Of a stretch of DNA of 64,000 nucleotides, positions 1 to 10,319 are shown piece after piece; the stretch's first letter is position 1, and each line of letters opens with the position of its first letter. The translations under genes and the position numbers were made by a program. Below the pieces are notes generated by a model. That model was not told where the DNA came from, made no database searches, and saw only the letters and a list, made by a program, of their open reading frames with translations. Source of the stretch: a virus (lineage: Duplodnaviria; Caudoviricetes). Location: positions 64,001-128,000 of the IMG/VR virus record IMGVR_UViG_3300014208_000002; one strand, written 5' to 3'.

Positions 1-89
1 TCAGAAAACTCTTTTGTAAGCGGCTTTTTAGGGGCCGAGCAACCGAAGAAAACGAGCGAAAAAACCAGGGTAATAATTGCCTTGTTCAT
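1..89 (-). CDS. putative lipoprotein (5' part, runs off window)
   Basis: Manual translation MNKAIITLVFSLVFFGCSAPKK...; GGAG Shine-Dalgarno; signal peptide with lipobox-like FFGC. Confidence 0.6.
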   Translation of the reverse strand, partial: MNKAIITLVFSLVFFGCSAPKKPLTKEFS

Positions 90-352
90 GTTTGTTCTCC
101 CTACACTTATATTGTCGGGAAGATTTTTCCCCTCTTTAGAACAAAAAAGATAAAATATATCTAATTTTTTACCAAAATTCATGCTGAATTAGCTCATCCC
201 CACGCCCATTATATACCTTTCCACAGTTAGGACAAGCCCTATCCCCAAGAGTAATTTTTCCTTGTTTATAAAATTCTATAACATACCCACAAGAGCATTT
301 TCCAATAAGATTTTTTCCAGTTTCTAAATCTCGCTCTTGAATAATGTCTATT

Positions 353-727
353 TTAATTTTTTACCCCCTCATGAATATTTCCTATTACCGTTGCTTGAGA
401 TATATTAGCATGATGAATATAATGAATGTCCCCGGCGAATTCTCCATCATGTTCGCCACCATAAAAAGCAAGACAAAAGGCTCCCTCGATAAATTTAATT
501 TGTTGAATACCTTCCCAAGAATCAAGTTTTATCAAATCCCCTTCAAAAATATCTACACCTTCTTTATCATATAATCCAGTGAATTGTTCTATATCTAATT
601 TTATATATTCTGGACAACTCTCATATTGTGGAAAAGTAGATCGTTCAATATAGGGTCGTTTATTAAAAATACCTTCATAAAATCTATATTTTTTTTCACC
701 CCATGCTCTAAATTTTATTATATTCAT
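353..727 (-). CDS. YopX family phage protein
   Basis: IKFRAW start, QFTGLYDKEGVDIFEGD, VIGNIHE end: typical YopX motifs. Confidence 0.85.
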   Translation of the reverse strand: MNIIKFRAWGEKKYRFYEGIFNKRPYIERSTFPQYESCPEYIKLDIEQFTGLYDKEGVDIFEGDLIKLDSWEGIQQIKFIEGAFCLAFYGGEHDGEFAGDIHYIHHANISQATVIGNIHEGVKN

Positions 728-730
728 ATC

Positions 731-1198
731 TTATACTCCCCTATCAAGCGCATGATTAGCAATTTCCCATACATCATCTGCCAAACGAACCCAAGGCTTC
801 TCTTTTCCATATCCAAATTGTGTTATAGGGTTCGCACCTCGTTTAGCAATCTCTAATAGAGCATTTCTTAAATGAGAAATCTCGTTATCTTTGTTTTTTA
901 TGGCTTCAGTAACTTTTCTCAAGTCTATCCACTTTTTTGTTTTTGATCCACTCCCCCAACAATCATCACATACATCATAGGTCATTGCACAACCGCCGAT
1001 GCCCCCATGCCAAGTAGAAGTAGAGCCATACATGGCAATTCCTTCTCCATTACATCTAGGACAAGCATCTTCATTATTTTTTTCTTCATCATAAGCGGCT
1101 GATGCCTCTAAACTATGGCTACAAAGACAGCCTTGGCGGGCTTCCTCTATCTTTAATCCTTTATATAGTGATTCTGCAACTTGCCTCCACCTATTCAT
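731..1198 (-). CDS. hypothetical protein with DnaJ-like Zn-finger
   Basis: CPRCNGEG...CDDCWGSG (CxxCxGxG repeats). Confidence 0.6.
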   Translation of the reverse strand: MNRWRQVAESLYKGLKIEEARQGCLCSHSLEASAAYDEEKNNEDACPRCNGEGIAMYGSTSTWHGGIGGCAMTYDVCDDCWGSGSKTKKWIDLRKVTEAIKNKDNEISHLRNALLEIAKRGANPITQFGYGKEKPWVRLADDVWEIANHALDRGV

Positions 1199-1277
1199 TT
1201 TTTAATTTCCTTCTGCGTAATTTCAGCAATGAGAATAGATATCTCTGGTACTGGATAGGGTGGACCACTAAAATCTT

Positions 1278-1571
1278 TCATATTTTATCCTCTCCTTTAG
1301 TATTATTAAGCACTTCTCTACAAGTTTCCATATCATCACAAGAGGTACATTCCGAATGCTGTGGATTTACAATCTTACATAAGACACAAATGGTTGTTGT
1401 AGATTCCTCTAACCATTCTCGTAAAATTTTAACCTGTTCTTTTAGTTTTAGAATTTCAGAGTCTCGTTTAGAAATTTCTTCAGCCGCAATTTTACTAAGA
1501 GATTGGAAAGCTGACAAACTTTCAGGATGCTCTACAAGTGTTATCTTATTAGATTGAGTATCCATCTTCAT
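1278..1571 (-). CDS. hypothetical protein
   Basis: ORF in tightly packed minus-strand run. Confidence 0.6.
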   Translation of the reverse strand: MKMDTQSNKITLVEHPESLSAFQSLSKIAAEEISKRDSEILKLKEQVKILREWLEESTTTICVLCKIVNPQHSECTSCDDMETCREVLNNTKGEDKI

Positions 1572-2011
1572 TCTCCCTTTGGTCTTATCTCCAAACCTAC
1601 GGCCTCAAGAATTTCTCCAACCTCTGAACATTCGCATAAAGCCTTACTAAATTTTTCTCTCTCTTCTTTAACCTTTTGTGCGGCGTAGGCTTTAGCAAAA
1701 CGCTGGATGGCTTCTTTAATTGCTTCAGGGTCAGGATAAGGAATCCATCTTCCATCTGAATCTGAGGTTTCTCCTGTCCATAGAGAACTTCCACACTCAC
1801 AAATATTGTCAACAAGTTCATCTATACTCATTTCCATTTCTTCCTCCAAAACTTCCGTATCAGCAAAAGTTGTAACCAATAAATCTCCACCAGCTATCGT
1901 GTCAGATTTTACTAAAAAAGATTTGCCCTCAAGCACAGTATCGCTTTGCTTTCTTTTAGCAATCTCTTGTTCAAATATAGTTTCAATTATTCCATCAAAA
2001 ATATTACTCAT
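1568..2011 (-). CDS. hypothetical protein
   Basis: ORF, ATGA overlap with the downstream gene. Confidence 0.65.
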   Translation of the reverse strand: MSNIFDGIIETIFEQEIAKRKQSDTVLEGKSFLVKSDTIAGGDLLVTTFADTEVLEEEMEMSIDELVDNICECGSSLWTGETSDSDGRWIPYPDPEAIKEAIQRFAKAYAAQKVKEEREKFSKALCECSEVGEILEAVGLEIRPKGE

Positions 2012-2016
2012 TTGAT

Positions 2017-2619
2017 TTACCCCTTTACTGATGTTTCCTTATCATACAAGCCAAGTCCCCAGGCAATTGCGTAGCAAGCCCAAATAAATCGGTAAGTTTT
2101 TATTTTACATGAGCTTTCCCAAAAATCAGTTAAAGGAATAGTTTTAGATGAATGATTTCTATATTCGGCAACCGCCTCATATTCATCCTCGGCGCTCAAG
2201 AGATGATCTATCTCTTCTTTAATCTCTTCAGGAATAGGATCATCTTCCTCAAGATCAAGCCACATCCGAGTATGGCTAATCACTTCCTCTCGGAATTGAT
2301 CTATATCAAATTCTCGTATTCCTTCACTATGAGTATCTTCTGCTTGACACTTTTCCGCCCAATACTGTGTATCAATCTTTTTTAGATCACGCCCAAAGAA
2401 TTGAGTCATGTCTTCAATACGAGAAAATACAAAAGAACCCATATCACCTACGAAGGCAAGATAGTTAGGCCAAGTGACAAGTTCAAATCTTTGATTGAAA
2501 CTCCCATTATTGCTGAAAATTAAATGACGATAAAACCCCTCATCCTTCTTTATAGATATTGTATGATCTTTCACATCCCGCAAAAAATCATCAATGCTTG
2601 GTTGTTTATTTTCCCTCAT
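2017..2619 (-). CDS. conserved phage hypothetical protein
   Basis: Probable start MRENK; segment FELVTWPNYLAFVGDMGSFVFSR resembles a widespread uncharacterised phage family (recalled, not searched). Confidence 0.6.
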   Translation of the reverse strand: MRENKQPSIDDFLRDVKDHTISIKKDEGFYRHLIFSNNGSFNQRFELVTWPNYLAFVGDMGSFVFSRIEDMTQFFGRDLKKIDTQYWAEKCQAEDTHSEGIREFDIDQFREEVISHTRMWLDLEEDDPIPEEIKEEIDHLLSAEDEYEAVAEYRNHSSKTIPLTDFWESSCKIKTYRFIWACYAIAWGLGLYDKETSVKG

Positions 2620-2791
2620 TTTTCTTCCTTTGATAAAATACCAAACATCAGAAAAAAAGAGCCGGTCATTAGTCCTATTGCTACCAATAAAGCGGCAAGA
2701 CCTTTTGTATGCCAACAGTTATCAGAAAAGGCCATTGTTAATATGAGACTCAATCCTAATGACGATGAAAATATTCTATTGGGATAAGTCA

Positions 2792-3049
2792 TCAAAAGAC
2801 TCCTTTGTCTTTATTTCTTCTGGACCACCAAGCCCACTGAATCTTTTTGAAAATCCAGACCTTGCCTTTTCCGTGGCAAAAATTGCAAGTATAGAAAGGA
2901 GTGTCAGGATCATCTTGCATCTTTCCATAGCCATCACAGCAAGGACAATCAAACCCCATTTTATATCCTCCTTTAGCCATATTCCATCCATATAAAAAAC
3001 CAATTAAAACACCTACAAAAAAGCATAATACTGCATAACTTCCTATCAT
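2792..3049 (-). CDS. small membrane-anchored protein with DnaJ-like Zn-finger
   Basis: Hydrophobic N-terminus; CPCCDGYG...CNFCHGKG. Confidence 0.55.
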   Translation of the reverse strand: MIGSYAVLCFFVGVLIGFLYGWNMAKGGYKMGFDCPCCDGYGKMQDDPDTPFYTCNFCHGKGKVWIFKKIQWAWWSRRNKDKGVF

Positions 3050-3306
3050 TTTATGTCTTCCGGCTTAATTGTCGTAGCACAATGAATAGTTGAATCGTAG
3101 CGACCTTCACAAGTATCATTACATTTTTCTGGATCAAACTCACACCTTTTTTTATATGCCATCTCACATCCCATAGGGTCGCCCCCGCAAGGCATAAAAT
3201 CATCAAGAAAACACCCATAGTTATCAGCATCTTGACAATAAAGTGCTGAGTAGCCATGTTCTATCATTTGTTCAATAAGAAATTCTTTTACTGTTTTTCC
3301 AGACAT
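3046..3306 (-). CDS. hypothetical Cys-rich protein
   Basis: ORF with GGAGGA SD; overlaps next gene by ATGA. Confidence 0.6.
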   Translation of the reverse strand: MSGKTVKEFLIEQMIEHGYSALYCQDADNYGCFLDDFMPCGGDPMGCEMAYKKRCEFDPEKCNDTCEGRYDSTIHCATTIKPEDIK

Positions 3307-3468
3307 ATTATTCCTCCTTTGTATATTTCATTTTCCTATATTTTATAGCACAATCTGCGTGTTGTACTCTCCAACCTCCACCAATTACCTTTTCAAAATG
3401 TCCTTCTCCTATCTTTACTAATTTTCCACAGCGATAACAAATACCTGGATATTTATTTCGCATTTATT

Positions 3469-3783
3469 TTATTTATCTCTTCCAAGATTAAGGACTATAG
3501 AAGTAAGGTTTTCTACCGCAGAAAATAACATATCTACTCGCTCGTTCTGCTCCTTTACTTTCTGTTCCAACTCTTTTACAATGTCGGCTATAAAAGGGGA
3601 TTCATTTATTCTCTCTTCATACCTTAAAGTATTACTCCAAAAAGTAGGATCTCCGAATTTATCAAATACTATTGGACAAGCCAATGCTCCGTATTCATGT
3701 AAGCCCTTCTCTTTACCGCAATTCTTGCATATATTAGATGTCATATCTTTCCTCCAAATAATTCTTCCCATTGTACACCACAA
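3469..3783 (-). CDS. hypothetical protein
   Basis: ORF; CxxC...H motif; start probably at MTSNIC. Confidence 0.5.
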   Translation of the reverse strand: MWCTMGRIIWRKDMTSNICKNCGKEKGLHEYGALACPIVFDKFGDPTFWSNTLRYEERINESPFIADIVKELEQKVKEQNERVDMLFSAVENLTSIVLNLGRDK

Positions 3784-3825
3784 TCACCCATATGTCTATT
3801 AAATAATATTTTTTTGGGATACATA

Positions 3826-4326
3826 TTATTCTATCCTTTGAAAAAATTCTTCATTCTTTTCTTGGAGCCAAGTGTATACTTCTTCAAATTCTTCATACTG
3901 TTTCTTTTCCATTAACCATTTTCGTATAGTCATAATCAATATTCCAAGAGTATTCTTACCTTCTCCATATTTTAAGTCAATCCCCCAAAATGTATCATTC
4001 CACCAATTTCCTTCTTGTATCTCTTCTGTACCAGTAAGGATAAGGGCAGACTTATAAGGCTCTTGCGAGTATTTTTGCTCAAGACATTTCCGCATTACTA
4101 AAAGTTTTTTTGTATCCCAATCCTCTACAAGTTCAACTTCTTTTGAAGCTCTTTTAATCTTTCCAGCAGACTCAGTATTTAAACAAAATAACTTCCAGTA
4201 ACAATCATGTGATTTTGCAGACATATAGGCGTGTTCTACGGATCGGTATTCAAAACCGAGTAAAATTATTTTACAAGGGGCAAAATTACTGAGCCAATGA
4301 TAGTCCCCTTTGAATTCTTTTATCAT
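3826..4326 (-). CDS. NADAR (YbiA-like) family protein
   Basis: FKGDYHWLSNF, YRSVEHAYMSAK, WDTKKLLVM, DTFWG, GKNTLGILIMTIR: NADAR signature. Confidence 0.9.
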   Translation of the reverse strand: MIKEFKGDYHWLSNFAPCKIILLGFEYRSVEHAYMSAKSHDCYWKLFCLNTESAGKIKRASKEVELVEDWDTKKLLVMRKCLEQKYSQEPYKSALILTGTEEIQEGNWWNDTFWGIDLKYGEGKNTLGILIMTIRKWLMEKKQYEEFEEVYTWLQEKNEEFFQRIE

Positions 4327-4498
4327 ACCATTTTCCCCTCAATAAGCTCCTCTACAAATCCTATAACACGATCTATGCCACAGTTACATTCTTTTCCCCA
4401 TTGTACTTCACAATCATCAGAGTGTCTATTAGATAGAATTTCTTTTATATACCTAATCTTTTTCTCCTTTGACCAATTTTTTACTTTAGACTTATCCA

Positions 4499-5074
4499 TT
4501 ATGGAGCCTCCAACTCAAAAATGGCACTAAGAGAATAACTTGCACTATCTATCATTACATCCACAGGATTTTCTGTACTAAATACAATACTCGGATATTC
4601 TGTAGACCAATATGAAAATACATAACCCTCCATAGGGGTTGCAGTAGCGGTTATGGTATCATTTAGATTATAGTTTGTTTGACGGTTATCTACATGCACA
4701 TATCCACCGCCAATTGGATAAACTCCATAAGCAGGAGATACACTCCAAGTATTTAAGAAACAATCCCCCCTTGTTACTACAGCAAACTCCGCTGTAACTG
4801 TAGTATCTTTGTAGACTATTATGTAAGTTGGATTTTCTCTACCAGCATCCTTTCCATCAATGACCCAATTAACAAACATGATGCCGTTTCTTGGAGTTGC
4901 CATAAGAGAAAACCCTTGCCCATTTTCAGTATGAGGTTGCACAAATCTCGTATATATCTGGTCATAATCCAATTCAGGTTCTATGACCGTGATTGTGTAT
5001 TCCTGAACTTCAGGAGGAACTACCGGACAGCCCGCAAGAAGAAGCGCAATAAAAACCAAACAAAAGTATTTCAT
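4499..5074 (-). CDS. lipoprotein with two InlB B-repeat-like domains
   Basis: Lipobox LLAGC; repeats ATPRNGIMFVNW and ATPMEGYVFSYWS. Confidence 0.7.
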   Translation of the reverse strand: MKYFCLVFIALLLAGCPVVPPEVQEYTITVIEPELDYDQIYTRFVQPHTENGQGFSLMATPRNGIMFVNWVIDGKDAGRENPTYIIVYKDTTVTAEFAVVTRGDCFLNTWSVSPAYGVYPIGGGYVHVDNRQTNYNLNDTITATATPMEGYVFSYWSTEYPSIVFSTENPVDVMIDSASYSLSAIFELEAP

Positions 5075-5346
5075 ATCTTTTCCTCCTCTTTCTTGTCTTC
5101 ATCCTTTTCTTCTATCATCTCTCCAACAGCAGTTTGAACCGCTACCTTTATAATGGTAAGAAGAGAAGAAACAACACCCAAGGCGGCGCAGAAAAGGGCA
5201 AGTACCTTCACTGCCAAACCACTTGTGTTGTATTCAGGAGAATACAAAGCTTGGAGTAATCTTAGAGTAAAGATAGTCGTGCCTAAACCCCATAGAGCGC
5301 CCATGAGCCTTTCAAAAAGATCGACCTTCTTTAGCTTCATATTCAA
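5071..5346 (-). CDS. small membrane protein
   Basis: Two hydrophobic segments. Confidence 0.6.
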   Translation of the reverse strand: MNMKLKKVDLFERLMGALWGLGTTIFTLRLLQALYSPEYNTSGLAVKVLALFCAALGVVSSLLTIIKVAVQTAVGEMIEEKDEDKKEEEKI

Positions 5347-5360
5347 TTCCTTTCTCTTCC

Positions 5361-5678
5361 TTACTTAGGAAGATATTCCTTAATCTTTTCGCACTGATAC
5401 CCAAACCACTCTTCAATGGTAAGCTTCGCCCCGCCAAGGCTCATTCCCGAATAAATCCTTCCCTCATATTCGTATTCATAGCCTTTAGACATGGCTATTT
5501 CACGAAGTTGTTTGATAAGAGTAATCTTCGCACAAGAGGGGTCTTCATCCACCCTACCTACATTGTGGATGACAAATTCCTTTGCGAATTTTATCATAGA
5601 CTTCTTGAGGTCAATCAAAGAAGGCTTTGATTTCTCAATAGTCAATAGAACCTTCCACCCAAAAATCGTAAAAGTCAT
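5361..5678 (-). CDS. protein with ribosomal protein L7/L12 C-terminal-like motif
   Basis: KITLIKQLRE...GMSLGGAKLTIE resembles the KIxxIKxxRE..GLGLKEAKxxVE motif of L7/L12. Confidence 0.45.
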   Translation of the reverse strand: MTFTIFGWKVLLTIEKSKPSLIDLKKSMIKFAKEFVIHNVGRVDEDPSCAKITLIKQLREIAMSKGYEYEYEGRIYSGMSLGGAKLTIEEWFGYQCEKIKEYLPK

Positions 5679-5709
5679 ATTTGACTCCTTATATTCAGTC
5701 TTAGAAAGA

Positions 5710-6153
5710 TTACTCTTTCACCCATTCTTTCAGTTCGGTCTTGGTCATATCCTTGACGGAAATAGATGCCGCCCGAGTTTTTCCAGTGTTGATTCTGAAA
5801 CGCTCTACCAATTCAGCCCCATCCTGAATTTTTTCAAGTGCGGTTTGAGAGACAGAACATACCGAAAGAAAATCGTCAATTCGTTCCACGCTGTTCAGGA
5901 GAGCAAAAAGCTTCGGAACATCTATTTCCGTTACATCTACTTCCTGCTGGAAGGCTACCTTGCGACGCTCTTCGGGGAGGTAGACAGTGGTTTCTTCCTT
6001 GAGAAGAATATCCTTCGGCCCCCCCATCCGAATCTTGACATCTTCGGCAATATCAGTGAGCCGAGCGTAATATTCCGCCTGTTCAGTAATCTTTTTTCCG
6101 TAGTTGGCGGCAAGCTTGTCCAGCCAAGTTGCGATTCCCTTCCGTGCTTCCAT
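5710..6153 (-). CDS. hypothetical protein
   Basis: ORF with GC-richer codon usage. Confidence 0.7.
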   Translation of the reverse strand: MEARKGIATWLDKLAANYGKKITEQAEYYARLTDIAEDVKIRMGGPKDILLKEETTVYLPEERRKVAFQQEVDVTEIDVPKLFALLNSVERIDDFLSVCSVSQTALEKIQDGAELVERFRINTGKTRAASISVKDMTKTELKEWVKE

Positions 6154-6365
6154 TATAGTGCCCCCTTAGTCTGTTTCTTCCAACATTGAAAAGTACAATC
6201 AAATGCATATCCAGCTTTTTGTGCTTCAATCAACATCTGTTTCCGTCCAAATTTCGTATCTGCATTCCAACGACTCAGGTTAAACGCAAGATCAAAATCC
6301 ATAGATGTTGCAGACTCTTTCTTCCCCAGTGCCAAAACCCATATTATGTCTTTCGTAATGGTCAT
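6153..6365 (-). CDS. hypothetical protein
   Basis: ORF downstream of promoter 6398-6426, GAGGAG SD. Confidence 0.6.
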   Translation of the reverse strand: MTITKDIIWVLALGKKESATSMDFDLAFNLSRWNADTKFGRKQMLIEAQKAGYAFDCTFQCWKKQTKGAL

Positions 6366-6397
6366 TGGGTCTTAATCTCCTCTCAATTCCTACCTAA

Positions 6398-6426
6398 AGA
6401 ATACACCATCATAGACCTCTTGTCAA
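6398..6426 (-). promoter_or_regulatory. sigma70-type promoter
   Basis: TTGACA-N17-TATTCT on minus strand. Confidence 0.7.
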
Positions 6427-6485
6427 TAGTTTAGATAAACTTTTTTTACCTATGAGGAGGTGTATATAAAAGTATACACTATTGG

Positions 6486-7073
6486 TTAGGCCAGCTTCAT
6501 ACAGAAAACATCCTCGGCAACCTTTTTTGCCTCTTGTATTTCTTTAATTATAGTGTAGGAGCATAACCCTATTTTTTTGGCTGTTTCCTTTAGAGTAAGT
6601 CCATCTCTTCTACAAGAGAGTATTCTTTTTTGTCTTTCTGTTATTTTATCAAAAAATTCTTTGGAAACAAAATCATCTAACCTATCTTCAAAAGGGGTAG
6701 TAGGAGTATTTCTTTTTAAATCATCTAAAGTAAAAATAAAACTAAAATTATGCTTTCTTTTTCTTTGTTCTTTCTGAAAAAAACCTCTGTCCATGTTTTT
6801 AAGGTAGAGGGAAAATACCAAAGAAAATTTCCACTCATCTCCAAAAATATATTTTTCATCTACATAGTTAATAGCCTTTAATATAACAAAATAAGCTTCT
6901 TGTTCGTAGTCAAGAATAAATTCTTGTTTATCTACTGGTATATACATACTTGCTTTTCTTGCATGTTTGTCTATCATGGGTAAATATCGTTTATAAAGTA
7001 CTGTAGGGGATTCTTCTCCCCTTTTTATAGCGAGAACTAATTCACCATCTGTCATATTTTTCTCCTTATTCAA
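6486..7073 (-). CDS. RNA polymerase sigma-70 family (ECF-like) sigma factor
   Basis: Region 2-like LYKRYLPMIDKHARK...EQEAYFVILKAI; region 4 HTH ITERQKRILSCRRDGLTLKETAKKIG. Confidence 0.75.
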   Translation of the reverse strand: MNKEKNMTDGELVLAIKRGEESPTVLYKRYLPMIDKHARKASMYIPVDKQEFILDYEQEAYFVILKAINYVDEKYIFGDEWKFSLVFSLYLKNMDRGFFQKEQRKRKHNFSFIFTLDDLKRNTPTTPFEDRLDDFVSKEFFDKITERQKRILSCRRDGLTLKETAKKIGLCSYTIIKEIQEAKKVAEDVFCMKLA

Positions 7074-8382
7074 ATGAAGCTATATCATCTTCCCAAAGAG
7101 ACTTTTCTGTTTTCTTTTTTAGAAGATTTATCTTTTCATTTACCTCCTTTTGTTTTAATTTCAAATCTTCTACCTTCTCCTTTGTAAGACTCCATATAGG
7201 CATTTGAAGTAAATAATCAAACGAGTCATTTATCTTATTGAAAGAAAGACTTTCCAACTTCTTTTCAATTATATTTTTAGACACATTCCTGACTTCAATT
7301 TCTTTATTTATAATGGCTAAGATAAATTTCACTCTATTAAAAATTAAATCATATTCGCCGTCCAGTAAATAAAGTAGATTCTTCTTTCTCTTTTTGTAAT
7401 ACTCTATACGAATAGAATAATATTTTTCTAATAAATCAAGCTCATTAGAGAATTCAATAATCTTATTTTCTTCATCAATGCAAGTAAAGTTCTCTGTATA
7501 TCGTTTAATCAACTTCAACTCTTCAAGAATCTGGTCATCCTCTAATTTTCCAAATTCTCTTTGAACATCAATCTCAAATAAAAACTTATCATTATCAGAT
7601 TTATCGGTATAGTCCTTTATTATCTTCTTATCCACAAGAGTATTGAGAACTTTTAAGTAGGAGTCTAAATCATATTGAAAGGGCAATTCTTTAATAATAA
7701 TTGTATTGAGATTCTTTTTCTCAATAACGCCCTTAATTATTATCTTATTGTCTTCCTCTCCAAATTCAATAGTTCCCCCAAACCCTTTAATAAATGGGAG
7801 AAGGCGCTTAGGCTTCTTTCCTTCTTGAATAGACTTCAAAGCCAATAAAATATCAAAGAGTTTCCTCGGGAGAATCTTTTGGGCAAATCCGTTGCCAACA
7901 CCTTCAGAACCGTTTAAGAGAATAATAGGGAGTATTGGAACATAAAATCTTGGTTCAATTTGTTCGCCTTCAAAAGATTGCTTTATCAAAATATCATAAT
8001 CGGACTTGATAAATAGTTTGTCAAACCACTCTGACTTCCTAGTGAATATATACCTACTTGCAGAGGCTTCGTGATTAAATCTATTCCCAAAGTTTCCTTC
8101 AGGCTTCAGTAAATTAAAATTATTCGTACCTACGAAATTCTGAGCCAGTGTAACAATCGCACCCTCAAGAGATACTTGTCCATGAAGATAGGCTTCTGAT
8201 TCTACTACCTTTGCGGCAAGGGAGGAATTCTTTATTTCAGTTATAATATTATTCTTGTCTACCACATGGATGATTTTTCTTGCGCCATTCTTTAGACCAT
8301 CTAAGTATGATGCACACGCTCTAAAACTTTGGTATAAAGCTGTTGCAGAATATTCATCCTGATAGAACTTAGTTATTTTCAT
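7066..8382 (-). CDS. DNA topoisomerase II subunit A (T4 gp52/GyrA-like)
   Basis: DGLKNGARK, YLHGQVS, GNFGNR...ASASRYI (catalytic Tyr), ILLNGSEGVGNGFA. Confidence 0.95.
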   Translation of the reverse strand: MKITKFYQDEYSATALYQSFRACASYLDGLKNGARKIIHVVDKNNIITEIKNSSLAAKVVESEAYLHGQVSLEGAIVTLAQNFVGTNNFNLLKPEGNFGNRFNHEASASRYIFTRKSEWFDKLFIKSDYDILIKQSFEGEQIEPRFYVPILPIILLNGSEGVGNGFAQKILPRKLFDILLALKSIQEGKKPKRLLPFIKGFGGTIEFGEEDNKIIIKGVIEKKNLNTIIIKELPFQYDLDSYLKVLNTLVDKKIIKDYTDKSDNDKFLFEIDVQREFGKLEDDQILEELKLIKRYTENFTCIDEENKIIEFSNELDLLEKYYSIRIEYYKKRKKNLLYLLDGEYDLIFNRVKFILAIINKEIEVRNVSKNIIEKKLESLSFNKINDSFDYLLQMPIWSLTKEKVEDLKLKQKEVNEKINLLKKKTEKSLWEDDIASFE

Positions 8383-10245
8383 CTATACCCTCTCTATATC
8401 AAATGATAAATTACGAAGAACATTCTGTTTTTCTTCATTATTATCTGACATCCAAATTTTAATATAGTCTTCGGAAGATTTATCTGGTTCAAATGTTTCT
8501 ACAAAACTATCAAACTTGTCATGCTCTAATATGTATTTGAGTGATTCAGGTTTCCAAGAGCCAAGACCTTTAAAATACTTAAATTCAAGTCCTCTGACAT
8601 CATTTTTACTAATCCATTGATTATATTCTTGAAAGGTAAAAAACCAATTAGTAGGAACCCCTTTCTTAAAAAAACAAATCATGGGGGTCTTTAAATATTT
8701 GATTTTCCCCGCCTTAATAAGTCCAGGCATGAAACGATGAAAAAATGTAAGCAACAACCCTCTTATATGAATACCATCAAGGTCTTGATCCGTTGTCATC
8801 AATATATTTTCAAAATTGACTTCTACTACTGGTTTAGATATATCAGCGCCTAATATTGTTATTATTGACTTTAGCTCTTCGTTCCCTGCTATCTTTGCCA
8901 TATTCGTATCTTGTACATTTAATGGCTTTCCTCGAAGTGCGAAGTAGCCAAAATTCTTCCGTCCAAGAATAGGCAACAGTGCGCTCGATGCGGAATCACC
9001 CTCGGACAAACAAAGATAAGTATTATTCTCAATCGGGGGAACATATTTATCAATATGAATCTTCTTTGTTCCTTTAGATATTTCCTTCAAGTCCTTTCGC
9101 TTTTGGAACTCTTCCTTGATCTTATAGGTTTCCTCTATTGCCCCAAGGATAGGCTCATTGCGAAGAACTGCACGAGCGAACTTATCGAAGTCAATTTCTC
9201 CAAGGAAGTCCTTTATTTCAGATACCGCATTCGTTAGATTTTCTTTTGTCTGTGAATTATATTTTGGATTAGGGAAGTCTTTAAAGAAAGCAATAATACG
9301 AAGTTTATTCTTTATATCGCCCGGCTTAATGTTCTTGTACTTCTTTTCAAGTTTCTCTCGGATACGATTAACTATTTCGGAAGATAGATAATTTACATGA
9401 TTACCGCCATCTTTAATATACAGACCATTAACATAAGTAAAAAAGCGGAAATCATCTGTGTCAGAAAGAGTAACCGCAAAGAAATAATTGTCAGCCTTAA
9501 AGTATTCATAAGTATCCGAGAACATAGAAATAAAAGTTGCTTCGTTTAGAACCCTAATCTTCTCCTCATTAAAGGTAAACTTAATTTGAGGAAAAGAAAT
9601 TGAAAGAAAATAAAGCCGCTGTTTGATTAAATCTTGGTATACTCGTCCTATAGTTTTTAACCCAAATCGCTTCAAATCAGGCCAGAAGGTAACCTCTGTT
9701 CCGGTACGAGTCCCCTGTGTAATTTTATAAGAGGATTTGCTATTATTATCAATACAAGTTAGATGAAGTTTCTTTTTCCCGTCGCATGTAGTAACATCAA
9801 ATTTATTAGAAAATACATTTGTTATCGTTGAACCTATGCCATTTAGCCCTATGGTTGTACGATTTTCATCATTGAAATTACTTCCTGCTTTCGCCTCAGT
9901 GAATAAAACTACGGGAATATATTCATCTGTCCCCTTCATAATTTCTACAGGGATGCCTCGACCATTATCAGAAATAGAAATATGCCCACCATCCATTTCT
10001 ATTACTATTTTATTTGCGTATTCAAAATTAGTTCGCACTGCTTCATCAATAGAGTTATCTAATATTTCGTTAATAATTTTAATAAGCCCAGGAACATAGG
10101 ATACTTTCTTTTGGATAAACTTATCTTTTTCAAGAAAATAGTCTTCTATCTCTGTCTCATCCACAGACCCAAGATACATAGATGGTCGGAGAAGTATGTG
10201 TTCAGTGTCAGTTAGCTTTTGATAAGAGGAAATGTCCTGTTTCAT
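8383..10245 (-). CDS. DNA topoisomerase II subunit B (T4 gp39+gp60/GyrB-like)
   Basis: EHILLRPSMYLGS, EILDNSIDE, DNGRGIP, GLNGIG, TOPRIM SEGDSA, DQDLDG, YFKGLGS. Confidence 0.95.
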   Translation of the reverse strand: MKQDISSYQKLTDTEHILLRPSMYLGSVDETEIEDYFLEKDKFIQKKVSYVPGLIKIINEILDNSIDEAVRTNFEYANKIVIEMDGGHISISDNGRGIPVEIMKGTDEYIPVVLFTEAKAGSNFNDENRTTIGLNGIGSTITNVFSNKFDVTTCDGKKKLHLTCIDNNSKSSYKITQGTRTGTEVTFWPDLKRFGLKTIGRVYQDLIKQRLYFLSISFPQIKFTFNEEKIRVLNEATFISMFSDTYEYFKADNYFFAVTLSDTDDFRFFTYVNGLYIKDGGNHVNYLSSEIVNRIREKLEKKYKNIKPGDIKNKLRIIAFFKDFPNPKYNSQTKENLTNAVSEIKDFLGEIDFDKFARAVLRNEPILGAIEETYKIKEEFQKRKDLKEISKGTKKIHIDKYVPPIENNTYLCLSEGDSASSALLPILGRKNFGYFALRGKPLNVQDTNMAKIAGNEELKSIITILGADISKPVVEVNFENILMTTDQDLDGIHIRGLLLTFFHRFMPGLIKAGKIKYLKTPMICFFKKGVPTNWFFTFQEYNQWISKNDVRGLEFKYFKGLGSWKPESLKYILEHDKFDSFVETFEPDKSSEDYIKIWMSDNNEEKQNVLRNLSFDIERV

Positions 10246-10271
10246 TTTTGCTCCCGTATATTTATCTTTCT

Positions 10272-10300
10272 ACTTTACTCTGATTCACTGTTTTTGTCAA
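10272..10300 (-). promoter_or_regulatory. sigma70-type promoter upstream of topoisomerase genes
   Basis: TTGACA-N17-TAAAGT. Confidence 0.6.
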
Positions 10301-10319
10301 CAAGAATCTTTTTCCAATG

